DNA of 64,000 nucleotides from Negativicutes bacterium (lineage in GTDB: Bacteria; Bacillota; Negativicutes; UBA1444): the NCBI GenBank assembly GCA_963665275.2, contig CAXXIN010000001.1:115580-179579 (forward strand), given 5' to 3'. Positions within the stretch are counted from its first letter, which is position 1. Every line of letters starts with the position of its first letter. Both the position numbers and the translations under genes were made by a program. The notes under the pieces were generated by a model, which worked only from the letters and a program-made list of their open reading frames with translations, searched no databases and was not told the DNA's origin. Shown one piece after another: positions 39,977 through 50,342 of this stretch.

Positions 39977-40047
39977 ATGTGGTTTGTGAAAAACATCACT
40001 TGCTTTCGCTGCTGGTCTGAAACTACAAGAAGAAGGAGTATTTGCCG

Positions 40048-41238
40048 ATGCAAAGGATATTTGAGGGGCTACGGATTGTCGATTTTACCACAAATGTCGC
40101 AGGGCCTTTTACAACTGCCTTTCTGGCTGATTTTGGCGCCGAAGTGATCAAGATCGAAAAACCAAAAGTCGGAGATGACACGAGATTTTTTGCGCCACAG
40201 CTTGATGGCGTTGGCACGGCGTTTTGCTGGAATAACCGGGGAAAAAAATCCCTTGTGCTTGATATGGCTGATCCCGAGGCGATCGAGATCGTAGGGAAGC
40301 TGATTCCTACGGCGGATATCGTGATTGAAAGTTTTAAACCAGGCACAATGAAGAAATTTGGGCTGGATTATGAAGCCCTAAAAAAAATCAATCCGAAGGT
40401 CATTTTTTGCTCGGTATCCGGGTTCGGGCAGAATGGCCCCTACAGCAACAAACCGGGCTATGACATGATCGCGCAGGCACTGAGCGGCGCCATGGATATG
40501 ACGGGAGAATTGTCAGGACCACCGATGCGCATGGGTCTGGCTGTTGCCGATTATAATGCGGGAATTCATGCTCTGGCAGGAATCAGCGCGGCATTGTATC
40601 ATCGTGAACGAACAGGGCAGGGCCAACTGATTGATATTTCCCTGCTGGACTGCCTGGTGGGCATCAACGGTATGATCGAAATCGCGGGTGTAGGCAAAAA
40701 TCCGACCCGTTCAGGCAATCATCATGGTTCGCTGGCGCCATTCGGCGTATACGAAGGATCGGGAGGAGCACTCATCATTTGCGCACCGGCCCAAGGACCT
40801 TGGAAATCGTTATGTGTATTGATGGGGCGGCCAGAGTTTTTGGAAGACCCCTTGTTTGCCAACACCGGTGCAAGGGCGAAAAACATCATTCCTCTGATTA
40901 CTGCGATCGAGGGTTGGCTGAAAACATTCCCGAACGTTGATGAACCTTGGAAATTGATGGATGAAGCCGGTATACCCAGTGCCAAGGTGAATAACACCAA
41001 TCAGGCGCTGGAAAATCCCCAGTTGATTGCCAGGGAAATGATTATCGACTTAGCGACGCCTGATGGAGTGTCTCAAGAAACTATCAAGGCAAGAGGGAAT
41101 CCTTTGAAGTTTTCAGCCGATAAGGCAACACCGAGTAAAGCGCCTGCGCTGGGCCAGCACGAAGCGGAAATTCTGTCGTCGATCGGCTATGATGACGCAG
41201 ATGTCCGGCGAGTGAAAGCAAAGTGGAGCATCGGTTAA
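40048..41238 (+). CDS. Family III CoA-transferase, paralog of 30496-31686
   Basis: Shares ADFGAEVIKIEKPKVGDDTR, ESFKPGTM, GNHHG and KARGNPLKFS with the earlier copy. Confidence 0.92.
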   Translation: MQRIFEGLRIVDFTTNVAGPFTTAFLADFGAEVIKIEKPKVGDDTRFFAPQLDGVGTAFCWNNRGKKSLVLDMADPEAIEIVGKLIPTADIVIESFKPGTMKKFGLDYEALKKINPKVIFCSVSGFGQNGPYSNKPGYDMIAQALSGAMDMTGELSGPPMRMGLAVADYNAGIHALAGISAALYHRERTGQGQLIDISLLDCLVGINGMIEIAGVGKNPTRSGNHHGSLAPFGVYEGSGGALIICAPAQGPWKSLCVLMGRPEFLEDPLFANTGARAKNIIPLITAIEGWLKTFPNVDEPWKLMDEAGIPSAKVNNTNQALENPQLIAREMIIDLATPDGVSQETIKARGNPLKFSADKATPSKAPALGQHEAEILSSIGYDDADVRRVKAKWSIG

Positions 41239-41275
41239 GGGGGTGAAAGAGAAACAATAGTTAGGAGGTTATGAT

Positions 41276-42691
41276 GTGGCTGATAGCAAGACAAACTGGG
41301 TGAAAATAATCGGTGCGGTCATCGGGATTATCGCGGGTGTAGCCATTGCCAATGCCCCGGTGCCGGAGGGACTGACCGTAAAGGCCATGTGGGGAATGGG
41401 TATTTTCGCATGGGCCGTGATCTGGTGGATGGTGGATGTAGTGTCGGACTATGCCACAACGTTGATGATGCTTGCTACCTATGCCGGTTTGAATGTGGTT
41501 CCGTTCACAACGGCGTTCGCTTCATTTAACGGCCCTACCGTTTGGCTGATTGTCGCTGCGCTCGCTTATGGGGCAGCTGCCGCCAAAAGCGGGCTGCTTA
41601 AGCGGGTCGCCCTTATGGCGATGAGTAAGTTTCCGATTACTTTCAAAGGGCAATCATTAGCTTTATTCGCAGCTGGGTTGGTCATCACGCCCCTGATTCC
41701 GACCGCTACCGCCAAAGTGGCTGTTATCGCTCCGTTTGCCCAAGCGATTTGCGATAACATGGGATATGAAAAAAAGAGTCCGGGAGCAGTGGGCCTCTTT
41801 TTGGCAATGTTTGTGTCGTTGGTTCCTTCATACTCGCTGTTTCTCAGTGCTAATTTCATGTGTTATGCCGTACTCGGCTTCCTGCCGAAAGACGTACAGG
41901 CGCAAATGACTTGGACGAATTGGCTGATCAACGCTCTCCCATGGGGGTTGACGATGTTGATTTTGAGCTATCTAGCGATCATTTATCTCTATCGTCCGCC
42001 CCAAACGAACAAGGTCAATCCTGCTTTCATCAGCGAACAGCTTGCCGCCCTCGGATCTATGACACGCAATGAAAAATTGGTGGCAGTTGTGTTGGGCATA
42101 TCGCTTATTCTTTGGATGACGGAAAAAGTGCACGGGGTCAGTTCAACCATGGTCGCACTTGTCGGCACGTTTATCATGCTGATGTTTAATGTGCTGGACC
42201 GGGCGTCATTCCGATCGGCAATTCCCTGGGATGCCGTCATTTTTCTGGGTGGCTTGTTCAATGTCCCTGTTATTTTCGGCGCATTAAAGATAAATGCGTG
42301 GATTAGCAAGGTTTTTGGACCTTATATCGCACCGCTGGCCTCCGGCAACATTTTTGTGTTTATTATTGCCTTGTGCCTCCTGGTATTTGTCGTACGGATT
42401 TTTCTGGTATCGCAAACTGCAGTTATCGCCATTCTGGTCATTCTGTTGACACCTTTTGTCACTCAGGCGGGCATCAGTCCATGGATACCGGCATTTATCA
42501 TATTTGTTGCCGGGAACACATGGTGCGTGCCCTATCAAAACGCAGGATTCCTGGTTTCCTATTATGCAACCGGCGGTGATATGGTCACGCACGGGCAGAC
42601 ATTAAAACTTGCTTTTGTCTATATGGTTACCACGGTTATTGGATTGTTGTTGAGTGTACCGGTATGGAAAATGACTGGCTTGATTCAGTAA
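41276..42691 (+). CDS. DASS/SLC13 transporter, paralog of 31768-33186
   Basis: Shares [34 protein letters not shown] and VPVWK.TGLI. Confidence 0.85.
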   Translation: MADSKTNWVKIIGAVIGIIAGVAIANAPVPEGLTVKAMWGMGIFAWAVIWWMVDVVSDYATTLMMLATYAGLNVVPFTTAFASFNGPTVWLIVAALAYGAAAAKSGLLKRVALMAMSKFPITFKGQSLALFAAGLVITPLIPTATAKVAVIAPFAQAICDNMGYEKKSPGAVGLFLAMFVSLVPSYSLFLSANFMCYAVLGFLPKDVQAQMTWTNWLINALPWGLTMLILSYLAIIYLYRPPQTNKVNPAFISEQLAALGSMTRNEKLVAVVLGISLILWMTEKVHGVSSTMVALVGTFIMLMFNVLDRASFRSAIPWDAVIFLGGLFNVPVIFGALKINAWISKVFGPYIAPLASGNIFVFIIALCLLVFVVRIFLVSQTAVIAILVILLTPFVTQAGISPWIPAFIIFVAGNTWCVPYQNAGFLVSYYATGGDMVTHGQTLKLAFVYMVTTVIGLLLSVPVWKMTGLIQ

Positions 42692-42728
42692 GTTTCGATC
42701 AGGAAACAAGAAGCAGAGGAAGAAGGGT

Positions 42729-44168
42729 ATGAATATGGCCGCTTCGATGATGGGTATCTATTTGGTTGGGACCACATTGTTGGGAATGTATGCCGTCACC
42801 CGGAGTAAACATGTGCAGGATTTTCTGGTTGCAAGACGCAATCTGAGCACAACGATGGTTATGGCGCTGCTGTTCGGAGAAATGATTTCCGGCGCCGCCA
42901 CCGTGGGAAAAGCCACCGAAGCTTTTCATGTGGGACTGTCTGCCGTATGGATCAACTGGGGCATGGTTCTCGGTTGCTGGCTGTTCGTTCTGTTGGGAAT
43001 CGGCAAGTTTTTCCGGGCTTTCGGTGTCCAGCGCGGCATCATGTCGGTTCCCGAAGCCTACAAGTTCTTGTTTGACCGCCGGACATCGCTCGCGATGATG
43101 GTAGTACTGGTCGTAGTGTATTCCATCATCTTTGCCCTGCAGCCGCTGGCCATGGCTGGAATTTTGGGGCCGATGTTTGGCGTGGAAAAAACCACCATGG
43201 CGGTGATTTCCGGCGGAATGCTGATAGCAGTCGCCATAACCGGCGGATTGACCGGGATGGCCTGGATGAATTGCGTCCATGCCACAGTAATGATCGGTAG
43301 CCTGCTGGTGGTCACAGGCACCGCCATCAGCCATGCCGGCGGCTGGAATGTAATGGTGGACACGCTGCCATCCAGCTTTTTTAGCCTGGTGCAACCAGAC
43401 TTCCCGACAGTGTTGGCGTGGGCGTTCGGCACCGGAATCTCGTTTTTGTGTGCAGCCAGTACAGCCGGCGTGGCTTTCGCTGCCAAAGATGACAGGACGT
43501 CTAATAGGGGAATTTTTCTGGCGGGCCTACTGATTTTCGGCTATGCGGTGTTACCGGCGATTATTGGAATGGCGGCAAAAGTTGCTTTTCCGACAATGTC
43601 GCCAGGTATCGCCCTGTTTGGCATGGCAAGTTCAATGTCGCCCCTGATGGGGGGGCTGGCAAGCATGGCGGTGATCGCGGCGATTTTTTCTACGGGACCG
43701 GCGGTGCTGCTAATCGTGGCGACAACTCTGGCCCGGGACTTTTACAAGGGAATTTGGCGTCCGGCGGCGACGGATCGTGAACAACTGGTCTTTTCCCGCG
43801 TCATGGTGGGGATAGTCGGAGTAATGGGGATCTATTTCGGCCTACAGGCGACATCCATTCTGCATACGGCGCTGGGGGCATTTCAGATCCGTGCCTTTGC
43901 CGGAATCGTGCTGCTAACGGCGTTATACTGGCCCAGAGTAACCAAAGATGCGGCATTCTGGTCGCTGTGCATTGGCGGATTGCTGGCGGCGATCTGGCAT
44001 TTTGCGAACAACCCGTTCGGGGTGCAGCCATTGTGGCCGTCCATGGGAGTGGGGATGGCGATTCTGGTTGGCATGACATTGCTCAGCAAAGAACCGATTT
44101 CGCCGGGCTATAGGCGCTACCAGGAAGTTTTGGTCGAGTATGAAGAGCACGTTCAGAGCCAAAAATAA
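42729..44168 (+). CDS. Sodium:solute symporter (SSS family)
   Basis: DFLVARR, GGLTGMAW, AAIFST and LARDFY. Roughly 13 TM helices. Confidence 0.85.
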   Translation: MNMAASMMGIYLVGTTLLGMYAVTRSKHVQDFLVARRNLSTTMVMALLFGEMISGAATVGKATEAFHVGLSAVWINWGMVLGCWLFVLLGIGKFFRAFGVQRGIMSVPEAYKFLFDRRTSLAMMVVLVVVYSIIFALQPLAMAGILGPMFGVEKTTMAVISGGMLIAVAITGGLTGMAWMNCVHATVMIGSLLVVTGTAISHAGGWNVMVDTLPSSFFSLVQPDFPTVLAWAFGTGISFLCAASTAGVAFAAKDDRTSNRGIFLAGLLIFGYAVLPAIIGMAAKVAFPTMSPGIALFGMASSMSPLMGGLASMAVIAAIFSTGPAVLLIVATTLARDFYKGIWRPAATDREQLVFSRVMVGIVGVMGIYFGLQATSILHTALGAFQIRAFAGIVLLTALYWPRVTKDAAFWSLCIGGLLAAIWHFANNPFGVQPLWPSMGVGMAILVGMTLLSKEPISPGYRRYQEVLVEYEEHVQSQK

Positions 44169-44186
44169 GAGGAGGGCGTCAAAAGA

Positions 44187-45074
44187 GTGAATTATCGTTC
44201 AAGTGAAGGGGAGCCTGCTGGACAATTAACCGAAGCAGAAAACAAACAAATATTGAACCAGTATCTCCGGGTGTTGCCGATGCTGGGGGAACTGCTGGAT
44301 ATTTGCTTCTTGTTGATGGATCGGGGAAAATACTTGTTTACACAGTCTAGTTCAACCTATACTGTGACTTCTGCCAAAGCCGGCGATCCATTTCTTGCGA
44401 CCGGTTCAGCAGCCAAAGCGATGACAGAGAATCGTCGTATTTTTGTTCGCTTAGACAAGGCAGTGGCGAAAACGAAGCATTCCATGTTTTCTACCAGCAT
44501 GCCTATTCATAATGATGTCGGCGAAGTGATCGGCGCAGTAACTGCCGTGGAAACGGTTGACAAACAAGAATCGGTTCGCAACATGGCTGATGAACTGACC
44601 AAAGCCATCAGTGCACTGGCCAGCAACACCGAGGAGATATCAGCTCAAACCGAAGAGATTTCCGGTGTTAGCCAGGAACTGACGGGCAAGGCGGTTGCTT
44701 CGCTGGCCCGTGTCAATGAAACCAACCAAGTGCTGGATCTGGTAAAAGGCGTGGCCGCTCAAACCAACCTGCTGGGACTCAACGCCGCCATTGAAGCGGC
44801 CAGGGTAGGTGAACAGGGCCGAGGCTTCGGTGTAGTGGCGCAGGAAATCCGAAAACTTGCAGACAGCACCAGCGAGTCAGTCAAACAGATCGCACAGATT
44901 ATTAATGCGGTGCAAGGCGATAGTGAGTATAACCGAACACAGCTGGAGCATATTGGACAGGCGTTGAGTCAGATTGCCACAGCGGTCAACGATACTGCCA
45001 ACACCGTACAGCAGACGAATGTGCTGGCGCTTCAGCTCAATAAAATGGCAGAAGAAATGTTCAGCAAAAAGTAA
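44187..45074 (+). CDS. Soluble (cytoplasmic) chemoreceptor
   Basis: No TM segment, a small N-terminal sensor domain and [27 protein letters not shown]. Confidence 0.88.
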   Translation: MNYRSSEGEPAGQLTEAENKQILNQYLRVLPMLGELLDICFLLMDRGKYLFTQSSSTYTVTSAKAGDPFLATGSAAKAMTENRRIFVRLDKAVAKTKHSMFSTSMPIHNDVGEVIGAVTAVETVDKQESVRNMADELTKAISALASNTEEISAQTEEISGVSQELTGKAVASLARVNETNQVLDLVKGVAAQTNLLGLNAAIEAARVGEQGRGFGVVAQEIRKLADSTSESVKQIAQIINAVQGDSEYNRTQLEHIGQALSQIATAVNDTANTVQQTNVLALQLNKMAEEMFSKK

Positions 45075-45149
45075 AAACCACCACGCGGAATAGCGCCGAT
45101 GCTGAGTGAACGAATCAATTTGATAAAAATTAAGAAGGGGGACAAAGTC

Positions 45150-46292
45150 ATGGAAAGGTTGTTACAATTCACGGAAGCACATCAGGCATTCAGAAAAGCG
45201 TATGGGGAGTTCTTGGACAAAGAAGCGGTACCTTACTATGAAGAATGGGAGAAACAAGGGTCGGTTCCGCGGGAATTCTTCGAAAAATGCGGCAAACTAG
45301 GATATTTGTGCGTATGGATGGAGGAAAAATACGGCGGCGCGGCCGGCGATTTGCTGCATACCATCATCCAGGCTGAAGAACTTTGCAATCGTGGCCTCAA
45401 CGGAATCTATACCCGCCTGCACAGCGACGTCGTCGCTCCCTATATTCATCGCAAAGGGTCCGAAGCTCAAAAGACAAAATGGCTGCCAGAGTTTGCCAGC
45501 GGGAACAAGATTTTAGCGCTGGCGTTATCGGAACCGGAAGCCGGATCGGATTTCGCCAGCTTGCAGACCAAAGCGGTAAAAGACGGCGATTCGTATGTGA
45601 TCAACGGTAACAAGGCGTTTATCTCCAACGGGATGCTGGCCGACGTGGTGGTGGTAGCAGCCAGGACGGACTTCCAGTCCAAGCCTTACAAAGGGATCAG
45701 CCTATTTATGGTGGAAACCAATACGCCAGGATTCAGCCGCAAGCGGATTCCCAAAATCGGTCTGAATGCTCAGGACACCTCTACTCTGGCTTTCATGGAT
45801 TGCCGGATTCCGGCTGAGAATCTTATCGGTGAAGAAAACAAGGGCTTCTTTTATGTCATGGAAAAATTGCAACAGGAGCGATTGGTTGCGGCTATCAATG
45901 CTCTTGCTCAGGCGAAGTACACCTTGGATCTGACGATTCCCTACGTCAAGCAACGCAAGATGTTTGGAACAACCTTGAGCACGTTCCAGAATACACAGTT
46001 TGCGTTGGCGAAAATGGCTACTGAAATCGAAATGGCGCAAAGTTTTCTGGATCAGTTGACCTTGCAGCATATGCAGGAAAAAGTGCTGAGCAAAGAAGTC
46101 AGTATGGCAAAATATTATTGCTGCGAAATGGCCTTTGAAGTGGCGGACAAATGCGTCCAAATGTTCGGCGGGTATGGAGTCTGTCAGGAATATCCGATTT
46201 CCCGGCAATTCGTGGACGCACGTTTCCTTCGGCTGTTGGCAGGAGCGTCCGAAATTCAGTTGCTGATCGTGGCCAGAGAATTGGGACTATAA
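45150..46292 (+). CDS. Acyl-CoA dehydrogenase (LCAD-type)
   Basis: SEPEAGSD, INGNKAFISNG, LQQERL (LCAD-position Glu), QMFGGYG and LLAGASEI. Confidence 0.92.
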   Translation: MERLLQFTEAHQAFRKAYGEFLDKEAVPYYEEWEKQGSVPREFFEKCGKLGYLCVWMEEKYGGAAGDLLHTIIQAEELCNRGLNGIYTRLHSDVVAPYIHRKGSEAQKTKWLPEFASGNKILALALSEPEAGSDFASLQTKAVKDGDSYVINGNKAFISNGMLADVVVVAARTDFQSKPYKGISLFMVETNTPGFSRKRIPKIGLNAQDTSTLAFMDCRIPAENLIGEENKGFFYVMEKLQQERLVAAINALAQAKYTLDLTIPYVKQRKMFGTTLSTFQNTQFALAKMATEIEMAQSFLDQLTLQHMQEKVLSKEVSMAKYYCCEMAFEVADKCVQMFGGYGVCQEYPISRQFVDARFLRLLAGASEIQLLIVARELGL

Positions 46293-46450
46293 AGAATAAA
46301 TTTTCCCTGAAGCAGCAGGGAATTAGTGCGAATGACAAGTCCAGGCCTTTTACGCACTAGCTCCCATGCTGCTTTTAGCATACGAATAAATACGCAGCAA
46401 ACAGGCTGTTCACGGGGAATAGTTCTGCAAACAAATGCAGAGTCAATGGC

Positions 46451-46701
46451 ATGCCGACTCTGCCGGGTGTTCAAATTGCCGATGTTGGTGGAGGAACGCT
46501 GACGGCAACTATCGGCATTTTTCTCGCATTGATGGCGCGGCAGCATTGCTGCGCATCTTTTTGCAGGCGGGGAAAGTCCCGTTGCTGGCGCAGGCAGAAC
46601 TGCCTCCTCCGGATCAGGGAGAGAATACTGATGAAATTCTGAGGGCACAGGGATTCTCCGTTGACGAAATCAGACGCCTGAGAGAACACGGGATTGTGTA
46701 A
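46451..46701 (+). pseudogene. Deleted remnant of a family III CoA-transferase
   Basis: PTLPGVQIADVGGG...ALMARQ (mid-protein) and PPPDQGENTDEILRAQGFS...LREHGIV (C-terminus) lie in different frames, and most of the gene is missing. Confidence 0.75.
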
Positions 46702-46723
46702 GTAAAATAGAGGAGGCAGACGA

Positions 46724-48126
46724 ATGAAATTAAAGCTGATTGGAGCACTCATCGGCATTGCCCTGGGAGTTTTTATTGCTCAAATTTCTCCGCCACCCGG
46801 GTTAAACATTAAAGCAATGTGGGGAATGGGCGTTTTTGTATGTGCTGTAGCGTGGTGGATTGCGAATTGTCTGCCGGACTTTGTTACTGCGCTTCTCATG
46901 TGCGCCGCCTGGGCCGGATTAAACGTAGTACCCTTTGGTACTGCCTTTTCCGGTTTTTCCAACGCCACGCTCTGGCTTCTGATCGGGGCGTTCGGCATTG
47001 CTGCAGCGGTATCGAAGAGCGGATTCCTGACGCGGATTTCCCTGTATCTGATGAGTCTGTTTCCTCTAACATTCAAAGGACAAGTATTGGCGCAAGTGGT
47101 CACAGGAACGCTGATTATGCCCCTGATTCCAAGCGGATCGGCTAAAATCGCCGTTGTGGCGCCATTTTACCGCAGCCGTAAGCGAAAATATGGGTTATGC
47201 ACGGAAAAGCCAGGGCGCTGGCGGGATTTTTTCCGGTATGTTCCTTTCACTTGGCTGCATTCATCCGATGTTTTTGAGCGGATCATTCCTTTGCTACGCA
47301 GTTGTGGGTTTATTGCCCAAAGAAATGCAATCAGATATTACATGGATGACCTGGTTTATCAATGCGTTTCCATGGGGCATCACGGTTCTCGTTTTGGGAT
47401 ATTTTTCTATATTGGTTTTGTATAAACCAGAGGAGGAAAAAACACTTTCGCCTGAGTTGATCAATGATCAAAGAGCAAAGCTGGGACCTATGACCAAGAA
47501 TGAAAAGATCGTCATGGCAGTGCTAGGCCATTACATTGCTTCTCTGGATGACGGAAAGATTGCATGGCATCAATTCCGGTATTGTCTCTATTGCATCGAT
47601 GTGTTCTTTGATCGGCTTCAATGTCATGGATCGCAACTATTTCAAGTCAGGTATTGCATGGGATGCGATTATGTTTATCGGTTGCATCTTCACCATTTCA
47701 AACGTGTTCAGTGTTCTGAAGATTACCGAGTGGGTCGGTAAAATTATGGGGCCGCATATCGCACCGTTTTTGTCAGGAAATTTATACTTCTTTCTCGCGG
47801 GGCTCTGCATATTGATCTATTTGATCCGGTTTGTGCTGGCATCGCAACTGGCTGTAATGACGATTTTCACACTATTCCTGACGCCTTTTGCCATTAAAGT
47901 AGGCATTCATCCATGGGTTATGGGCTTTACCACTTTTGTCGCCATCAATGTATGGGTAATGATGTACCAGAATGCCCAGTATCTGGTCGCTTTTTACGGC
48001 GCAAACGGCGGAGAAATGGTCAGCCACAAGCAAATGGTCAAATTGTCCGTAGCCTATATGGTTGTATCCATCATTGGGCTGTGTGTTAGTGTCCCGGTTT
48101 GGATGATGACAGGAATGATCAAATAG
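46724..48126 (+). CDS. DASS/SLC13 transporter (third paralog), split by two frameshifts near 47165 and 47530
   Basis: ORFs 46724-47425, 47154-47741 and 47536-48126 together reconstruct a full homolog of 31768-33186. Confidence 0.8.
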
Positions 48127-48180
48127 TAATATAATAGCTGTCTTCGAAGAGTAAGTGCAGCTATGAAAGGCGGTTTTTTC

Positions 48181-48975
48181 ATGACATACGAAAAAATTTT
48201 ATATGAAAAACAGGCCGGAATCGCATTTATCACACTAAATGATCCAACTAATCGCAATACGATATCTGGCAGTGGTGTGGAAGAGCTGGGATGCTGCCTC
48301 GACGACTGCAGCGACGATCCGGCGGTCCGGGGTGGTGGTGATTCGTGGCGCTGGAGGAAATTTCAGCGCAGGCGGCAATATTAACGTGATGAAGGAACGC
48401 ATTGAGCAGGGCCGGCATGATGACTTCAAATCGGGAATGAGAAAACTGGGAGTTGTCGCCAGTAAAATTCGGCGCTATCCGCAAGCCCCGTTATTGCTTC
48501 GATGCAAGGCGCTGCTGCCGGCGGCGGTCTCAGCCTGGCGCTGCTATGCGATTTTCGAATCGCCGCCGAAGATGCGAAATTTATATTTGCGTTTGTCAAC
48601 ATTGGGCTGATTCCTGACTGTGGTGGACTGCTTCCCTTGGTGAAGATCGTCGGTACGGCTAAAGCAACCGAGTTGTTGATGACGGCAAAATTGTTTTCAG
48701 GCAAAGAGGCTTTCGATATGGGGCTTGTCAATGAATCTGTACCTGCAAGCCAATTAGAGGAAGCTACCCTGAAACTCGCCCTCAAGCTGGCAGGTGGACC
48801 CACGCTCGCTTTTGGCAGAATCAAGGCATTGATTAACCGCACCTCATTTGGCGATTTGGAACTGGAATTGGATAACGAAACGGACTATCAAGTGCAGAGT
48901 GCCCAAACTGAAGATCATAAGGAAGGTATCAATGCTTTCCTGGAGAAGCGAAAGCCGGTTTTTCAGGGACGTTAG
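48181..48975 (+). CDS. Enoyl-CoA hydratase/isomerase, PaaG-like, with frameshifts near 48330 and 48475
   Basis: ITLNDP..RN, VVIRGAGGNFSAGG and GAAAGGGLSLALLCD..AFVNIGLIPDCGG, spread over three frames. Confidence 0.8.
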
Positions 48976-48988
48976 AACCCTGCCAATG

Positions 48989-49033
48989 AAAAAGTGTTCA
49001 GGCCTCGATGATTACGAGCCTGAACACTTTTTT
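48989..49033 (+). terminator. Intrinsic terminator
   Basis: AAAAAGTGTTCAGGC...GCCTGAACACTTTTTT. Confidence 0.75.
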
Positions 49034-49153
49034 AGTTCAATTAAGAAAATATTATCGGCAAGATCAATCGAGGCGTATGAGCTGATCAAAAGGAAAATAT
49101 CTGCCGAGGGCGAATATACTCCTTATTGGCCAGGTCATAAGGAGGAAAAATTC

Positions 49154-50071
49154 GTGGAGATTCGGCATATTATTACTTTTCAAAAAGTGGCGTCCCTGAA
49201 AAGTTTTTCCAAAGCATCCAAAGCGCTTTTTTTATCACAGCCGACCATTACGAAACATATTAGCGAGTTGGAGCAAAGTTTGGAAGCAAAGCTGCTTATC
49301 CGTGGCAAGTCCGCGATAGAGTTAACCGCGATTGGGACTGTTTTTTTGGGCTATGCGAATCAATTGTGCGCTATTCATAATGCGGCGCAAGATGCGGTCT
49401 CGAAAATCAAGAAAGGGAAAACAAACTCGATCAAAATCGCGCTTTCCGGTCCTGACTGTCACTGGCTATTGCCAATGTTGGATAAATTTAAAAAATACTC
49501 GCCGGATGTAGAAATTCATTTGTCGATCCTGTGGGGCAGAGAAACGCTGGAGAAAATCCTCAACAGGGAAATTAACTTTGGGCTCATCCGTAGCGACTCG
49601 GCGTTTTTTGCCCATCCATTACTGGAGGCAGTGCTGGTCGAAGAAGATGAGGCGATATTGGTTTTTTCCCCCACGCACCGATTGGCTTCCCTGGAACAAA
49701 TAACGATTGCCGAAATCAGTCAGGAACCCTATCTGGCTTATGGGAAGGGATCGACATTCTGGAATAATCAATTGTTGAAAATGTATCATAAGTTTGGGTT
49801 AGAACCCCGCGTATACGTGGAAGCTACCGATTATCATGTAGTTAAGCAGCTCGTCCGGGCATCCTGGGGTATTTCTTTTTTGTCGCGTCCCTGTGTAGAG
49901 GAAGAGATTCTTAACGGTGTAATCAAAACTGCACCGGTGCAAGATTGTCCACCGATAAAAAGATATTCGATTCTAGTGTACCGCAAAGATATGCCAATCA
50001 ATAATTTCTCCCAGAACATGCTCGATATGTTTGCATGTAATTTTAAGAAACAACCGGGAGCTGGCGCTTGA
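49154..50071 (+). CDS. LysR family transcriptional regulator
   Basis: SFSKASKALFLSQPTITKHISELE HTH. GTG start after RBS AGGAGG. Confidence 0.92.
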   Translation: MEIRHIITFQKVASLKSFSKASKALFLSQPTITKHISELEQSLEAKLLIRGKSAIELTAIGTVFLGYANQLCAIHNAAQDAVSKIKKGKTNSIKIALSGPDCHWLLPMLDKFKKYSPDVEIHLSILWGRETLEKILNREINFGLIRSDSAFFAHPLLEAVLVEEDEAILVFSPTHRLASLEQITIAEISQEPYLAYGKGSTFWNNQLLKMYHKFGLEPRVYVEATDYHVVKQLVRASWGISFLSRPCVEEEILNGVIKTAPVQDCPPIKRYSILVYRKDMPINNFSQNMLDMFACNFKKQPGAGA

Positions 50072-50154
50072 TAGGCTGTTGCGCAACGTGATTGGCGTAA
50101 ATGCAGAGGTTGGTTGTAAAAGATTAGTTTTACCGAGCTTTCTTCTTCGCTAAC

Positions 50155-50199
50155 AAAAGGGGCTGTGCTGAAATTCGACACTTCAACACGGTCCTTTTT
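50155..50199. terminator. Bidirectional terminator between the LysR and PucR-like genes
   Basis: AAAAGGGGCTGTGCTGAA...TTCAACACGGTCCTTTT. Confidence 0.6.
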
Positions 50200-50342
50200 C
50201 ATTGTGAATCTGTCGATAATATTCAAAGTTAAATGCCTGCGCTCGTCTGATCGGCGGTCTGCGCACCCCGGAACTGATGGAAGAAATTGTGTTTGGTGGC
50301 GACGCGGACCTGATCTCTTTAAGCCGGCCGCTGATCAGAGAA

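Noticed and set aside
47150-48500. Programmed ribosomal frameshifting in the DASS and isomerase genes
   Set aside because: No consistent slippery heptamer with a downstream structure, and the intact paralogs need no shift.
48848-49153. N-terminal extension of LysR in the ORF track
   Set aside because: It overlaps the upstream gene and terminator. A strong RBS supports GTG at 49154.
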